Shown here: in pieces, positions 26,101-37,648 of the stretch
How positions within the stretch are numbered: position 1 is the stretch's first letter
Layout: each line of letters begins with the position of its first letter
DNA from: Trichosphaerium sp. ATCC 40318
Taxonomy: Eukaryota > Protista > Tubulinea
Assembly: GCA_038496445.1 (NCBI GenBank)
Contig: JALMLS010000418.1
Location: 224,264-288,263, forward strand
Length of the DNA stretch: 64,000 nucleotides
Direction of reading: 5' to 3'
Program-made: the position numbers and the translations under genes
Notes under the pieces: generated by a model
What the model was told of the DNA's origin: nothing
The model's input: the letters and a program-made list of their open reading frames with translations, nothing else
Databases searched by the model: none

Positions 26101-27520
26101 GAATTCAACGATAATCCTCAGAACCCTGAAGGCTCATTATGCCAAGGATTAGCTAAGTATATTTCAAACTATGAACCTGAGGAAGAATATGTTTTCAACC
26201 TTGTCCAAGATGTCATGGATGATGACAATGTACTTACAGTAAAGGTGCGTTTCTTCTTTTTTTTCAACACGCTGATGCCTTCTAAGGAGCCACGAGGTAG
26301 AACACCTTCAAGTGAAGATTTCAAGTTTATTTTGAGGCCAATGAAGCGTAGTAGTATACGTTCAGCTAGGAATTGCGCTGGGTGTGGTATCATGTTCGAC
26401 CATGGTGTCTTTAAAAGAGCTCCAAGGTTTTGTAACTATTTTTATAAATACTATTGCAATCAATGTCATCAAAATAGAACAAGTATTATTCCAGCGTTTA
26501 TTGTACAAACATGGGACTTTAAACAGTACGTAACAGGTTTCTTCTTTTATTATCACGTGATAACCTCATCGATGAGGGGAGTTTTTTTGGGTTGTTTTAT
26601 TTAACTTATTGCTTAGGTACAAAGTTTGCAATCAAGCAAAGTCATTCATAGAAGCAAATTTTAGAAATCCTGCTCTTGATATTTTTGTTATAAACCCAAA
26701 GCTATACGAGTGGTCTCCTGATTTGAATAGATTAAAGAGGTTACGAGCCCAGCTAACAGTGATGGGTAACTTTATAGCTACTTGCAGGTGAGCATACTTT
26801 ATATCGGTAATGTTAAGTATCTAACTGAAACAAAAGGAACAAAGATTTACTTCTTGCTCCAATCAACCATCGCCTACACTTTTTGACATCTGTTCATGTC
26901 TATTCATGTGAGGACTTGGTCGAACTTAAAGTGAATAATCTTGTGGGTACAATAGTGAAGGTGCGTAAACACTCATTTCTTTCAAACTTAACCTTTTTTT
27001 TTTATAGTTGTTGGAGACATACCTACATCACATTGTTTCTTGTCCAGTAAGTTATATTTTTTTGTGAAATCACGTGATTTATGGTATTATATTATAGACA
27101 TGCAGTGGTAAAGGATCATTTTGTGAAGTATGTACTGGGAACAAAGATAAAAGAGCAAATCAACTTTTATTCCCTTTTAACTTTGATCGCGTCAAGTAAG
27201 TTGTTTTGGGATTGTTTTCTTCTCAATTTTGTTGACATGCTTGAATTTAGGGCTTGCACACACTGTGCTACGTTATTCCATAAGGAATGCTACGAAGAGA
27301 TGCACGAATGCCCAAAATGTACGTTGTTTTTTCATCTTCTTTCAAAGTTACTGTAAGTCACTCTATATGATAGGTTTACGCATAGAAGAGCGTCAAAGAC
27401 AGTTTTTAAACAGAGTTCAGGAAGAAGAGCGTCAAAATTGGGCAGAGTACGGAAAAAAAAAAAAATTGATTTCACAGTAAAAAGAGAAAACTGACTTTTT
27501 ATCGCCATATAGTAGTTAGA
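23121..27520 (+). CDS. RUN-domain + Rubicon-homology (RH/zf-RING_9) protein, PLEKHM1/Rubicon/DEF8-like
   Basis: RUN1: LCYYLEQILNDGLK...GRGRAFIRLALNDKAL. RUN2: ALDDIFHHQL...LRGLVRMMLNNGNL. RH: CAGCG...RFCNYFYKYYCNQCH...IPAFIVQTWDFKQYKVC...CSGKGSFCEVC...CATLFHKECY...CPKC. End approximate. Confidence 0.85.
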
Positions 27521-27768
27521 TCTTAAAAGTATGGGTTTCCGCTGTTGCCGCAGAGAGAATTGTATTATTAAATAACTAGAATAGCATGTAATGGCGAGTT
27601 TTAGTGCTGCCAGTTTGCTTTGTACAAATAAATGTAACAACAGACTACACACAATGTCGTATATAAGATAAAATACATGTTTGATAGTTTTTCAAGTTTG
27701 TTTTTTTTGTTTTGCACCCGTTGATGTTTTTTTTGATTTTCTGTTCTTTATGATCGTTTCGCAATGTA

Positions 27769-28199
27769 TCATTGATTCGTTAGCCACCATCTGAACGGCA
27801 ATAAGCAAATGGCAGCATAATAACATTTTTTCATGGTTGTGTTACCCACCATCGTCGTTGTTTAGGAGAGACATCAGTATTAGTGTAGATATGGTAGATA
27901 CGCCAAGAATAAAGCTATAAAAACGCAATTAGTGATCAAAGCCTTTCAAACGAAGATTAACCTCACCTATTGTTTAAACTGAATCGTATTGTGGAGAAAG
28001 CTGTTCTGGCGCCCCATGCAGCGTTATTCGCAAATGATTTTGCTGAGTACGCGAAACCACTGTTCTGAGACCCATTTTGCAATACATTAGCAACATTAGC
28101 ACGCACAACGCTAGATTTTACTGTAGCGTTATGTTTGCGTGTGCTAACTCGCTTTGTTGTTGTTTTTCTGGTAGTGAATGCGCCGAATCGCCTACTCAT
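27769..28199 (-). CDS. Small putative mitochondrial membrane microprotein (about 90 aa)
   Basis: MSRRFGAFTTRKTTTKRVSTRK... (basic, acid-free, presequence-like); two GT-AG introns; hydrophobic FILGVSTISTLILMSLL followed by NNDDG. Confidence 0.55.
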
Positions 28200-28293
28200 G
28201 AACGCTGTTATTACTTTGGTGGTTGGCAAAAAAAGCAGCAAGAAAAGTCAAAACGAATCATCTTCCGCATTAAAGTCCACTCACGTTTCCAAC

Positions 28294-30365
28294 ATGGATG
28301 TCAAAGCGCAATTAGATGTTCTTCAGCGTGAAGTAACATCATGGGCAGTAGGGAATGGTCTTGTTATGGGAGAAGCGACAGAAAACCCTGAAGTAGACAG
28401 TTTTGGCGTTGTAGCGGTTACGTTGTACCCTTTTAGCTTCCCAAAGACAGTTTACGATAAAGCGGTGGAATTATCTCCACTTTTCAACACGCTTGTCGAC
28501 AATGTAGCTCAGGATCCGGCGTTTTTAGCGCAAGCTCTCGCCAAGTACGAATTATAACGTCTTTTATGTAAAAATGATTGTTGACGCGACCACAAGAGTC
28601 TCAGATGGCTTCACAGAGAAGCTGCTTGAAATCATGGACAAAATCTACATTAATGGTGACGGTCCAGCACAAAAGGTACGATTTAACATCCCTACCTTAT
28701 TACTTCGCTAAATACACATGTCTAGGCTAGATTTGGCCTTCACAGATCAGACTACATGTTACACCATCCAGGCGATCTTCTGAGACAAGTTGAGATCAAC
28801 ACGATATCCTCCTCTTTTGGTTGTCTAGCATACAAAACTGCTGAGATGCATCGATACATCATAGACAGATTTACGGACGAATTACCTATGCTTGAAAAAT
28901 ACAAGCTCGAAAATGTTGTACAGAATGACACATTGAAAGGTTTACCTGAGGCTCTAGCTACAGCGCATAAAGTATACGGCGAGCCAAGGTATGAACAAAA
29001 AAAAGTTACATCACAGTACTTTTCTCCACAAATTTCTTTTTTGGAACAGCACGTGGTTCCCTGTTTTCCTTACTATGGATAAATTATCCACATGTTTCGA
29101 AGCAATTTTCTGTGAACGAACTCTTACTTTGTTAGTATCCAAGCTAATCGTCTTATTTTTTATCGTAGTGCGTACGTGATGATGCTTGTTTTACCTGATG
29201 AGAAGAACACATCAGACCAGAGGTTTTTAGAAGAGCAACTGTGGATACAACATAGAGTTAAAATGATAAGAAGGAGTTTATTGGATATTTACAATGACGG
29301 AAAGATTGACGGGAAATCAAAGGCTCTGTGGATTGACGGTCAAGAAGTATCAGTTGTTTATATGCGTTCAGGGTAGGTTCCTTTGAACGTTGTCTTGTTG
29401 TTGGGTTTTTTTTGGCGTGTGTTTATTTTTTCTCTTTAGGTATAGTCCTGAGCATCATCCTACTCAGAAAGAGTGGGATGCAAGGTTAATTGTTGAAGAA
29501 AGTCTTGCTATTAAGTGTCCTAATATTATGTATCATTTGGTTGGTACAAAGAAAGTTCAGCAGATTCTTGGTGATCCAGATGTTCTAAAGAAATTTGTAC
29601 CAAAGGAAGAAGCAATCCTACTTCGTTCCAGCTTCGCTGGTCTATACAGTTTAGGTACGTAACAATAGTATTTTTATTTGACGCACAATCAGTTGATGAT
29701 TGACACCTTTGTGTATTCTTTGTTTGATATTAACAACACGTTGATTTCTAGATAGCACTGAAGTCGGTCAATCCGCTGAAAAAGTTAAAGCAATAATAGA
29801 TAAAGTTATCTCAAATCCAGGCGCTTATGTAATGAAACCTCAAAGAGAAGGTGGTGGTACGAGATAAATCAACAATTACCTTTCTTTTACAGTTACATTT
29901 TGTGCATATTTATAAACAATATGTAGGTAATTTATTGCATGGTGATGAAATGGTAAAAGCTTTAAAGACTCTTTCTCCTTCTGAGTTAGCTGCGTATATC
30001 CTCATGGATAGAATAACACCAAAGCCTGTTGACACTCATATTCTTCGTAAAAACCCAAAGACAAAGATTGTTGCTTATGGTCGCGTTGAAGCCATTTGGT
30101 ATGAACTCTTTTTTCATTCTTTCTTTCTTTTTTCTTATTTTATTTCTAGTGAGATGGGTACTTTTGGTTTATTTGTTCATGATGGTACTAAAGTTGTATT
30201 GAATAAATGCGGAGGTACACTTGTACGTACAAAGAGCGCCAAAACAGAAGATGGAGGTGTTTACTCTGGTGTACGTATTTTTGAAAGCGTCTTACTTAAA
30301 TAATTCTACTTGATGTCCTAACATTATTCTAGGTGGCCGCATTGGATTCTTTGCATCTTGTTTAA
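28294..30365 (+). CDS. GSS: Glutathione synthetase (eukaryotic type)
   Basis: RFGLHRSDYML, QVEINTISSSFG, VVYMRSGYSP, AIKCPNIMYHLVGTKKVQQ, YVMKPQREGGGN, AYILMDRI, LVRTK...EDGGVYSGVAALDSLHLV*. Confidence 0.95.
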
Positions 30366-30596
30366 GCAGCAGAAAGATGAGTAATAAGCGCAATTATAAA
30401 TAAACTAAAAAATTTGTACAACTGTGCACGAAAGTTATTCTATGTGACTAGATTCCCTTGTGCAACCTTCTAACCTTGAGTGCGGTTTTGTAGGCAAATG
30501 GTTTCATAGCAAAGAAGTAGATTGTCAAATTTATTAAGTCCGCCAAGCAAGGAAGATTTGCACTCATGTAACGATTCCTTACCACATTACATTGAT

Positions 30597-30890
30597 TCAA
30601 TAGTCCACAAAGAGTTGTACAACAATAACACCGGTTGCACTAGGCTGTGAAACAGAGACGCCATTTCGTACAACAGACTGCTTTACCATTTTTAAAATAA
30701 TGGCAACCCTACTGGTTGTTTTTGTGATTGGTTGCCACCGAGTAAGTAGTATTAGTGTTTGTTTGTTCAGTTGAAAGTACTGGTTAAACAACTGAGAACA
30801 TTTTAATGTAAAGGTACCATAACAATACAGCGTGTACCGTACTCTGGCATGAACTCGATTCTACTTGCATCAGTTTTTCCTTCTTTTGGT
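30597..30890 (-). pseudogene. Diverged duplicate of the C-terminal module of the adjacent BTB gene
   Basis: GKTDAS.../WYLYIKMF.../QLFVDY* parallels GKTDAG.../WYIHLWEL.../HLFVDY* at 31309-31690. Confidence 0.5.
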
Positions 30891-31308
30891 GGGCTAATGT
30901 ACTCAAAAAACTAAAGATAAATACCAACGTAACAAATATGTTTTGGTCATTTTTCTTAATTGTTGTAATCACTCTTTGCCCTAAGGCAAAGCAAAAACTT
31001 GATGTAAAGGAAGATATGGAAGCTAAGATACCACAGCGTTAACACTTGTGCAAGTACTGATGTCTAGCCTGACAAAAAAGTTTGACTTAGAACGACCTAA
31101 TTATTAAGCTCGTAACACAAAACGTGATAATTATTTTTGATTCAAAGTAACTGCTAATCATGTTGCAAACAGTGCTTGTAGGTACACGCAATTGCTCGGC
31201 GTTTTGATAAAGTCCATGTTAAATAAATGTACATTGTGTCAAGTACTACTGTGAATATGTTTATTGCTATTCTTACAATGCTTGAAGCGTACTTTATTGA
31301 TCTTGATT

Positions 31309-32907
31309 CTAGTAGTCTACAAAAAGGTGGACTTCAAGGGTTTGTGGTTTATGGTCACAAGTGAAGCCGTTTTGTGTACAATTAGCTGCCTCACCATTAT
31401 GATATTTATGATAAAAGCCTATTGCTTTTTTTTGTGTTTGAAAACAATTATCCAAAATGGATCTCACATAGTATGGAATACGCAAGAGATCATCACTGTG
31501 GCATGAAAATAAAGCAATCCGTATTTTATTGTTGCTATTATTTTGAAAGTTAAACATCCTAAAAAATGGTTATGTTAGTTCCCACAAGTGAATGTACCAC
31601 ATCAAACCAGTGCTGTAAAATTTGACCTTTTTCTTATCTTTTGGTATAGTAAGTGATACACCTCCTGCATCAGTTTTTCCTTTACACGGTGGTTTTTTTA
31701 ATGCTGGGCTAAGTACAAATGTCAAAATAAGAAGAAGAAAAGTATACATAACCAATCTGCCTTTGTTATTTTGGATAACTCTGGCTCTTCAATATCAGAT
31801 TGCGCTCGCATAGCAAGGGTCATCAAGCCAGGGAAGTAGGTTCCACACAGTTTACCCCAGTTAAGTACCCACCAACAGTTATCTTCAGATTGATGTCTCC
31901 ACAAATATGCAGCAAAAACACAAGGTAAACTCTTTTCTATCTTGTAAGCCAACGCAAAATAGCCAGCCATACCTTGATGCAGTAAAAAAACCAAGTATTA
32001 GTAATTGCACATACATGAAAGTATCCATATATCTGCTGATGAATCAATGTATGGAGTGCTGTAACCTTCTTCATAATGTTTCCACATAAGATCTAATAGG
32101 TTGTGTTTAAAAGAGATTTGTCTTTTTTCATTAATGCAGTATTGGATCACTGCTGTGGTGTTTTTGTGGAGTCTTATTATTCCTTCTACTATTGAAAGGT
32201 AGCTATCTGCATCATCTGGTACATCAAGATCAAGCAGTTCCTCAAAGGAACACAGAGAAGATATATGTTTGCAAAGGTGTCTAGCATACATTTTGTCATC
32301 AACCTAGTATGTTATTATTTTTTTAGGTTACATTGGCGTACTTCTACTAGTGTCATAAGAACTTTAGAGAAGGTTGATATGTTATCTGCTGTTACTAGTT
32401 CTTGTTTAATAATCTGATCACAGGAAGACAGCATGTTGAGAAGTGCTATAGCTGACTCTTCAGTTTCGTGGTCACTGAGATGGTACTTATACTCTCCTGA
32501 TGTTACATCCTTTAATTCGTCATTGAAGTACCTACGACCATGTTTAGTATCTACATTAAATTCATTAAGGTCTATGTGACAAAACAGCATGTATTTTTTT
32601 GAAACACAAGTACTCTGAGTTGATAGACAACATCGTTCTTGATGCTTTCACACGAACAAGATTTTCTCCATCCAAATCCACGATTGTGATATCCAAGTCA
32701 CATAAATGCTTGTAATCAGCTAAGCTTTCGAGAGAGACACAACGTGTTATGCTTAAAATCGCTCAGTCGGTTCTTTTTATCATTAGCACAGTCAACTACC
32801 TTATTTTTCTTTTCTTGGCGTTCATAGCTTCCTTTACATCAAGTTTTCGCTTTGACCTACAATAATGGGTAATTACCGCGTTTCCCGACCCTGTACCTTG
32901 TACACAT
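31309..32907 (-). CDS. BTB/POZ-domain protein with beta-rich (possibly MATH-like) C-terminus
   Basis: CDLDITIVDLDGENLVRVKASRTMLSINSE|YFNDEL matches the BTB pattern D..I.V......AHR.vL...S.YF. Multi-exon; start approximate. Confidence 0.6.
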
Positions 32908-33064
32908 TGTACTGGCTTTCAAATATCTACGCGAGCGACTATGTGTTGTTGTAATCGCGGTGATCAGTTCTTCTTTCAATAATGTCCGCACTATTTTCTC
33001 TATGTTGACTTTGAATGAAATTGAACCATTTATGATCGAATTCGTATTGTTAGTATTGAAGACC

Positions 33065-33190
33065 ATGGCTCTAACAATCACTTGCTTGCCGACAGAGTTA
33101 CTTGAGTATGTGTTATTATATAGAATGTCATTTCTAGATGCCAGCTCTTTAATCATGTCATAAACGGCAGTCCTTAATACTGCAAGGTAC
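33065..33190 (+). pseudogene. F-box motif remnant
   Basis: MALTITCLPTELLEYVLLYRMSFLDASSLIMS* has the LP.ELL..IL pattern, with a stop where the F-box V/TCK segment is expected. Confidence 0.45.
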
Positions 33191-33541
33191 GCTCACACGT
33201 CAAACCCAAAAGACAATCTTTGCATTTTCTAACTTAGTGGCTTTGTCCTAACCAACTATAAGCTAGGCTCATGCAGCTTTTCAACTATCTGACTGCTTGG
33301 CAAACAACGTTTTCAAGTAAATAAACAGCAAGTTTTCTTTTTTATGTCACGTGTCAAACCACGGCTGAATGCTGGGTACGTATATTTTATGCTGTGCAGC
33401 TGGTCAGTGCATATTACAACATGGTTGGGAATGTAACACCACTGGTATAAAATTTATTTTTCTGGTAAAATCATCACGTGATCAAAAGGTTATGTATAGT
33501 TATGAAGAGTGAAAGTACAAAAATTAGTTAGTTAGCTTCTC

Positions 33542-35572
33542 TTAAATTACGATAGCAGGTTCTAACTCTTTGTCGAGTAATTCCTGAGCGTAAGGGAGCC
33601 AATATTGGCTTGTGCGAAGCTCTACAAAAATATTAGTAAAAGAAAAAGGAGATCTCATATTCGTACCAAGTCCGAAAGCGTTGCCCATACCACGCATGAG
33701 CACTGATACTCTAGCGGCCATTACATATTCTTCTGCCAAATGTACTATAGGATCTGTTTCCTCTGCCCAATCGAGAAATTGTTGTACATTGCGGTTACCA
33801 AGAACATCTTCTGAAAATCTATCGTTCCAAAAGCAAGCAAGCTTGTATAAAATTTCTGGCTTGTTACGCTTTGTTTCTGCTCCTAAGTCCTCATGGAATA
33901 CTCTTACAACTTCTTCTTTATCATCTTTAGCCAAAGCAACCATAAGTTTAGCAAACTTCACACGTGTCACTTTGTCAATCGTCTTAACTTGACCATAATC
34001 TATGTAAAAAATTAGCCAAATGTTTAGCCACACTCGCCTATTAGCCCAATTCTACCATCCTCCAGTAGCTATATTATACCCATTAAATAACCGCGCATGT
34101 GATGAGCATTATATAAACGTACCATGATATTGCCAGGGTGAGGATCACCATTAAACTCTCCATCTACAAAAATTTCATGACCATGAACATCCATAAGAAG
34201 TTCTATCATCTCGCCCAAGTTAGGTGGTAAAACAGACTCTTTGTATTCCATATTTGGCGCTAACCAACCAATACTCCAGTTGTATATAAACCTTAGAGTA
34301 TTTAATGTATAATCATAAGTGTGTATCATCTGATGATATCTCTTCATGTCAGCATTTGCTTCAGCTGCATTTTTAAATTGACGGTTTCTTATTTTTTCTT
34401 TTTGTTCAGCTTCAAGTTCTTCAACTGTTGTTCCTTGTTGCTCAGCGTATGCCTTGAAATTATCACGAAGACCATCAACGAGTTTAACACCTTTAAGCAA
34501 ATCCATAACGAGTACTTCTTTGTACATAATTCGAGTACTGGTTTAGGTACTACAACTTTATCTCCCCATTTAGGTGTTATATTCTCCGCTATACTCTCCA
34601 AGTTACTAGCCTCTCCAACGTAATCAAATTCTGTCAAGAATTGCTACATGGAAAAGAGAGGTATAAGCACAAGAAAAGAGGATTGATGAAGAAAAGTGAG
34701 GTGAAAGATTCGTTACCTTTTCAATCTCTTCCAAAGGTTTTACATGTTGAGGCATTGCAAACGAACAAAATGTTTTCATTGTTTTTAAATCTGAACGGAA
34801 CCTTTGTTCTATATTTGGAAACATAACTTTAACAGCAACTTCCTTTCCGCTTCCCAATAACCTAGCACGATGAACCTATACAACAACAATCAAATCAAAG
34901 AAAAAAAAGTTGTCACGTAAAAAAAATCCTGTCACACGTGACAAGTACTTACTTGACCGATACTAGCTGCACCAATTGGCTCATCATCCCAATACTCAAA
35001 TACCTCGGAGATGGGTTTACCCAAAGACTTTTCTACAATAGCTCTAGCTTGTCCTTCTTCAAACTCAGTCGGTACCTCATCTTGTAGTTTCTTACACCAC
35101 TACGAACACGTGTTAATACAAAAAAAACACGTGATTTTCGTACAGCTAAATACTGGCCAGGCACAAAAAAGTCTAGAACGCTTAGGAGTTGTGCTTGCTT
35201 TAAATAAAAGCCTCGAAGTCTTAAACAAAGCTTTTCTACTACTGGAGCGTATCTAACATGTGGTGAATTCACTGATGCGTAGAATAGCGTAGAATAGCGT
35301 AAAAGACGCCTAGACATACATGTCATGCAGTTTATCAAACTCTGCGAGTGTTTCCTAAGTCGTTTAGCTATATTTTTGTTATTTGATAGTACTTTTTCTG
35401 AAAGGTCTTTTGTTTGGTACTGTAGGTATCTATAGTGAACGTAGATTGGAAAAACTTTACTCCAAAAGGTCATTGAACGCCTAGATCCTTCATCAAAGCT
35501 ATAAGCAGCTCCGCCGCCTGCTACAACTGTTCCTGCCGCGCCTAGAGCTATTCTACTCAACAAGAAGGCCAT
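33542..35572 (-). CDS. ABC1/ADCK (UbiB-family) atypical kinase, probably mitochondrial
   Basis: LRGFYLKQAQLLS, PIGAASIGQVHRA, VAVKV, EFDYVGEASN, FNGDPHPGNI, IDYGQVK. Confidence 0.92.
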
Positions 35573-35886
35573 TCTCGTTTCGGCGTAATAAACTAGCCGT
35601 AAGTTTAGGCAAGTTTTTCTCTTTTGTGTAACTTTCTTTCGCAAGAAAAGAGTTGATAATTCTAGCACAAAAAGACGTTAACACAAACACTTCTGAACAG
35701 TAAGAATGGAACCTTATATAAGCATACAACACGACTGGCATGCTATTTCAGTTTCTGATACATTCTACTGTAACTTTACAAACTTTCCGGGTAACTCAAA
35801 GTAAGAATAGGCGTAATACGTTCTCATACGCTCTAGGTACTAATAAAGAGTTGTATGGTAAAGTTACACGTATAAATAACAGTACA

Positions 35887-37412
35887 ATGTCACTCGATAA
35901 AGCAACAGCCTCAAGCATTGGCAAAAACGTTCAAATACAGGCTAATTTTCGCCTACAGTCCATTTCTGTTACCGTAGGTACAGTAATCATGTGTCACACC
36001 AATTCCACCTGCTAAAATACGTAGACAAGCGTTTATACAGCTTTATTTCTCCAAAAGCGGAGTATGGGATGACTTGTGGCGCGTCATCGCTTGCATCAAA
36101 TGATGGCAATCTAGTAAGCACCTACGACGCTAAAACATTGGTTCTAATTAATAATAATAGGTTATAACCGCTCACGACGATGCAACACTTCAAGCATGGG
36201 AATTCAAAGGTCAACAGCCATTGCCATACGTAAAACGCTCTAACATCAATCACAAACTGTTTAATAACGATTGGTATCTAGGGTACAATGAAAGGACATG
36301 TGGGTGACGTTTACACATGTCAACTTTTTCCAAGCGGTAAAGTTGTACTGAGTTCTGGTACTCATAAAGTTTTTGTTTTTTCTTATCCAAATTAACCAAG
36401 TTTTTACTTTAAGGTGCTGATACACAAATCAAGATTTGGTCTTTAATTTATGACTGTGAGTGTGTAGCTACACTTACAGGTCATAAACAAGCTGTATTTG
36501 GAACTGATATTATTGGTCAAGGACGGGAAATTGTCTGTAAGAAAATTGTGTTCTCGTAATCGAAAAAACTGATTTGATTTTTTTAGCATGCTCTAGAGAC
36601 ACCACAATAAAGTTATGGAGTGTTCCTACTAAAGAATGTGAAGCTACATTAAATACATCCAGTACGTCATAAATAAGCTCCGAAAATAGAGCAAAACACG
36701 TGATAGATGGATTTTTTTTCTGATAACAAAAATAGGTGCTGTAAATCAATGTCGCATTCTTTCACATCCCAATTCTGGAAGTACGTTCGCTTTAAAAATA
36801 AGTAGATGTATTTGAATTAATCACATTATATTATAGATGAAGGAAACAATATTGTTATGGCTGTAACAGAAAATGGAGCGTTGCACGCATTCGATCTTAC
36901 TTCACAAAAAAAGGTTAAAAAAATAAGTTAACCTGTTTTCTGTTCTTACTGTTAACCTCAGGTTTTTTCTCCAATAACTCATAAATCTGCTTTGAACTGT
37001 TGCTCTGCTACAAGTAATCCACATGTTATATCCGCTGGATCACAGAACGGCATAGTCTATTTTTATGATACTAGAAAGCCGTACGTAAATTTTTTTCTTC
37101 ATAAAAATACTTATACCAATCAGGACTGAAAACCTATATCAACATCAACGAAGTCAAGCACCTATAAGATCTCTACATCCACAAGCAAACGATAGGATAT
37201 GGGTAGGAACAGGTATGAAGAGAAAGAAAAAAAAGTGAAACTAAAAAAAAGCCACAGGAGACGGAATGCTTTTTAAACTCAATGTCAAAGAAAAGAGAAC
37301 AGAACTTGATTGTATTGGCAGCGATCTTGAAAGTATTACTTCAGTACATAGCTCAGGTGGTAGCTTATTCACTACTTCAAATGATAAAGTACTGAGAAAG
37401 TACAAACTGTAA
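35887..37412 (+). CDS. PAAF1: Proteasomal ATPase-associated factor 1 / Rpn14-like WD40 protein
   Basis: GHVGDVYTCQLFPSGKVVLSSGADTQIKIWS...CVATLTGHKQAVFGTDIIGQGREIVSCSRDTTIKLW closely follows the PAAF1 repeats. Confidence 0.8.
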
Positions 37413-37648
37413 ACTTGTCCACCAAGAAAAAACCAAGAAAAAAATAAAAAAGCCAATGAACTTTTCGGTTGTCTTCAACAACAAGCATATCACTTAATTA
37501 CTTGAAAGGTCCAAATCTACGTACACATTTCACAAAATATAGTGTACCAAAAATAATCAGTTGACCAGTGTCAAACAAAGTGTTTTATTTTCGTGTTTTT
37601 TTCTTTTTGTTGGTAATATGTACACTTTTTTTTTGGTTTTAACTTCTT

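Noticed and set aside
28135-28293. N-terminal extension of GSS from a TTG start
   Set aside because: It overlaps the antisense small gene and has no targeting-peptide character; ATG 28294 fits better.
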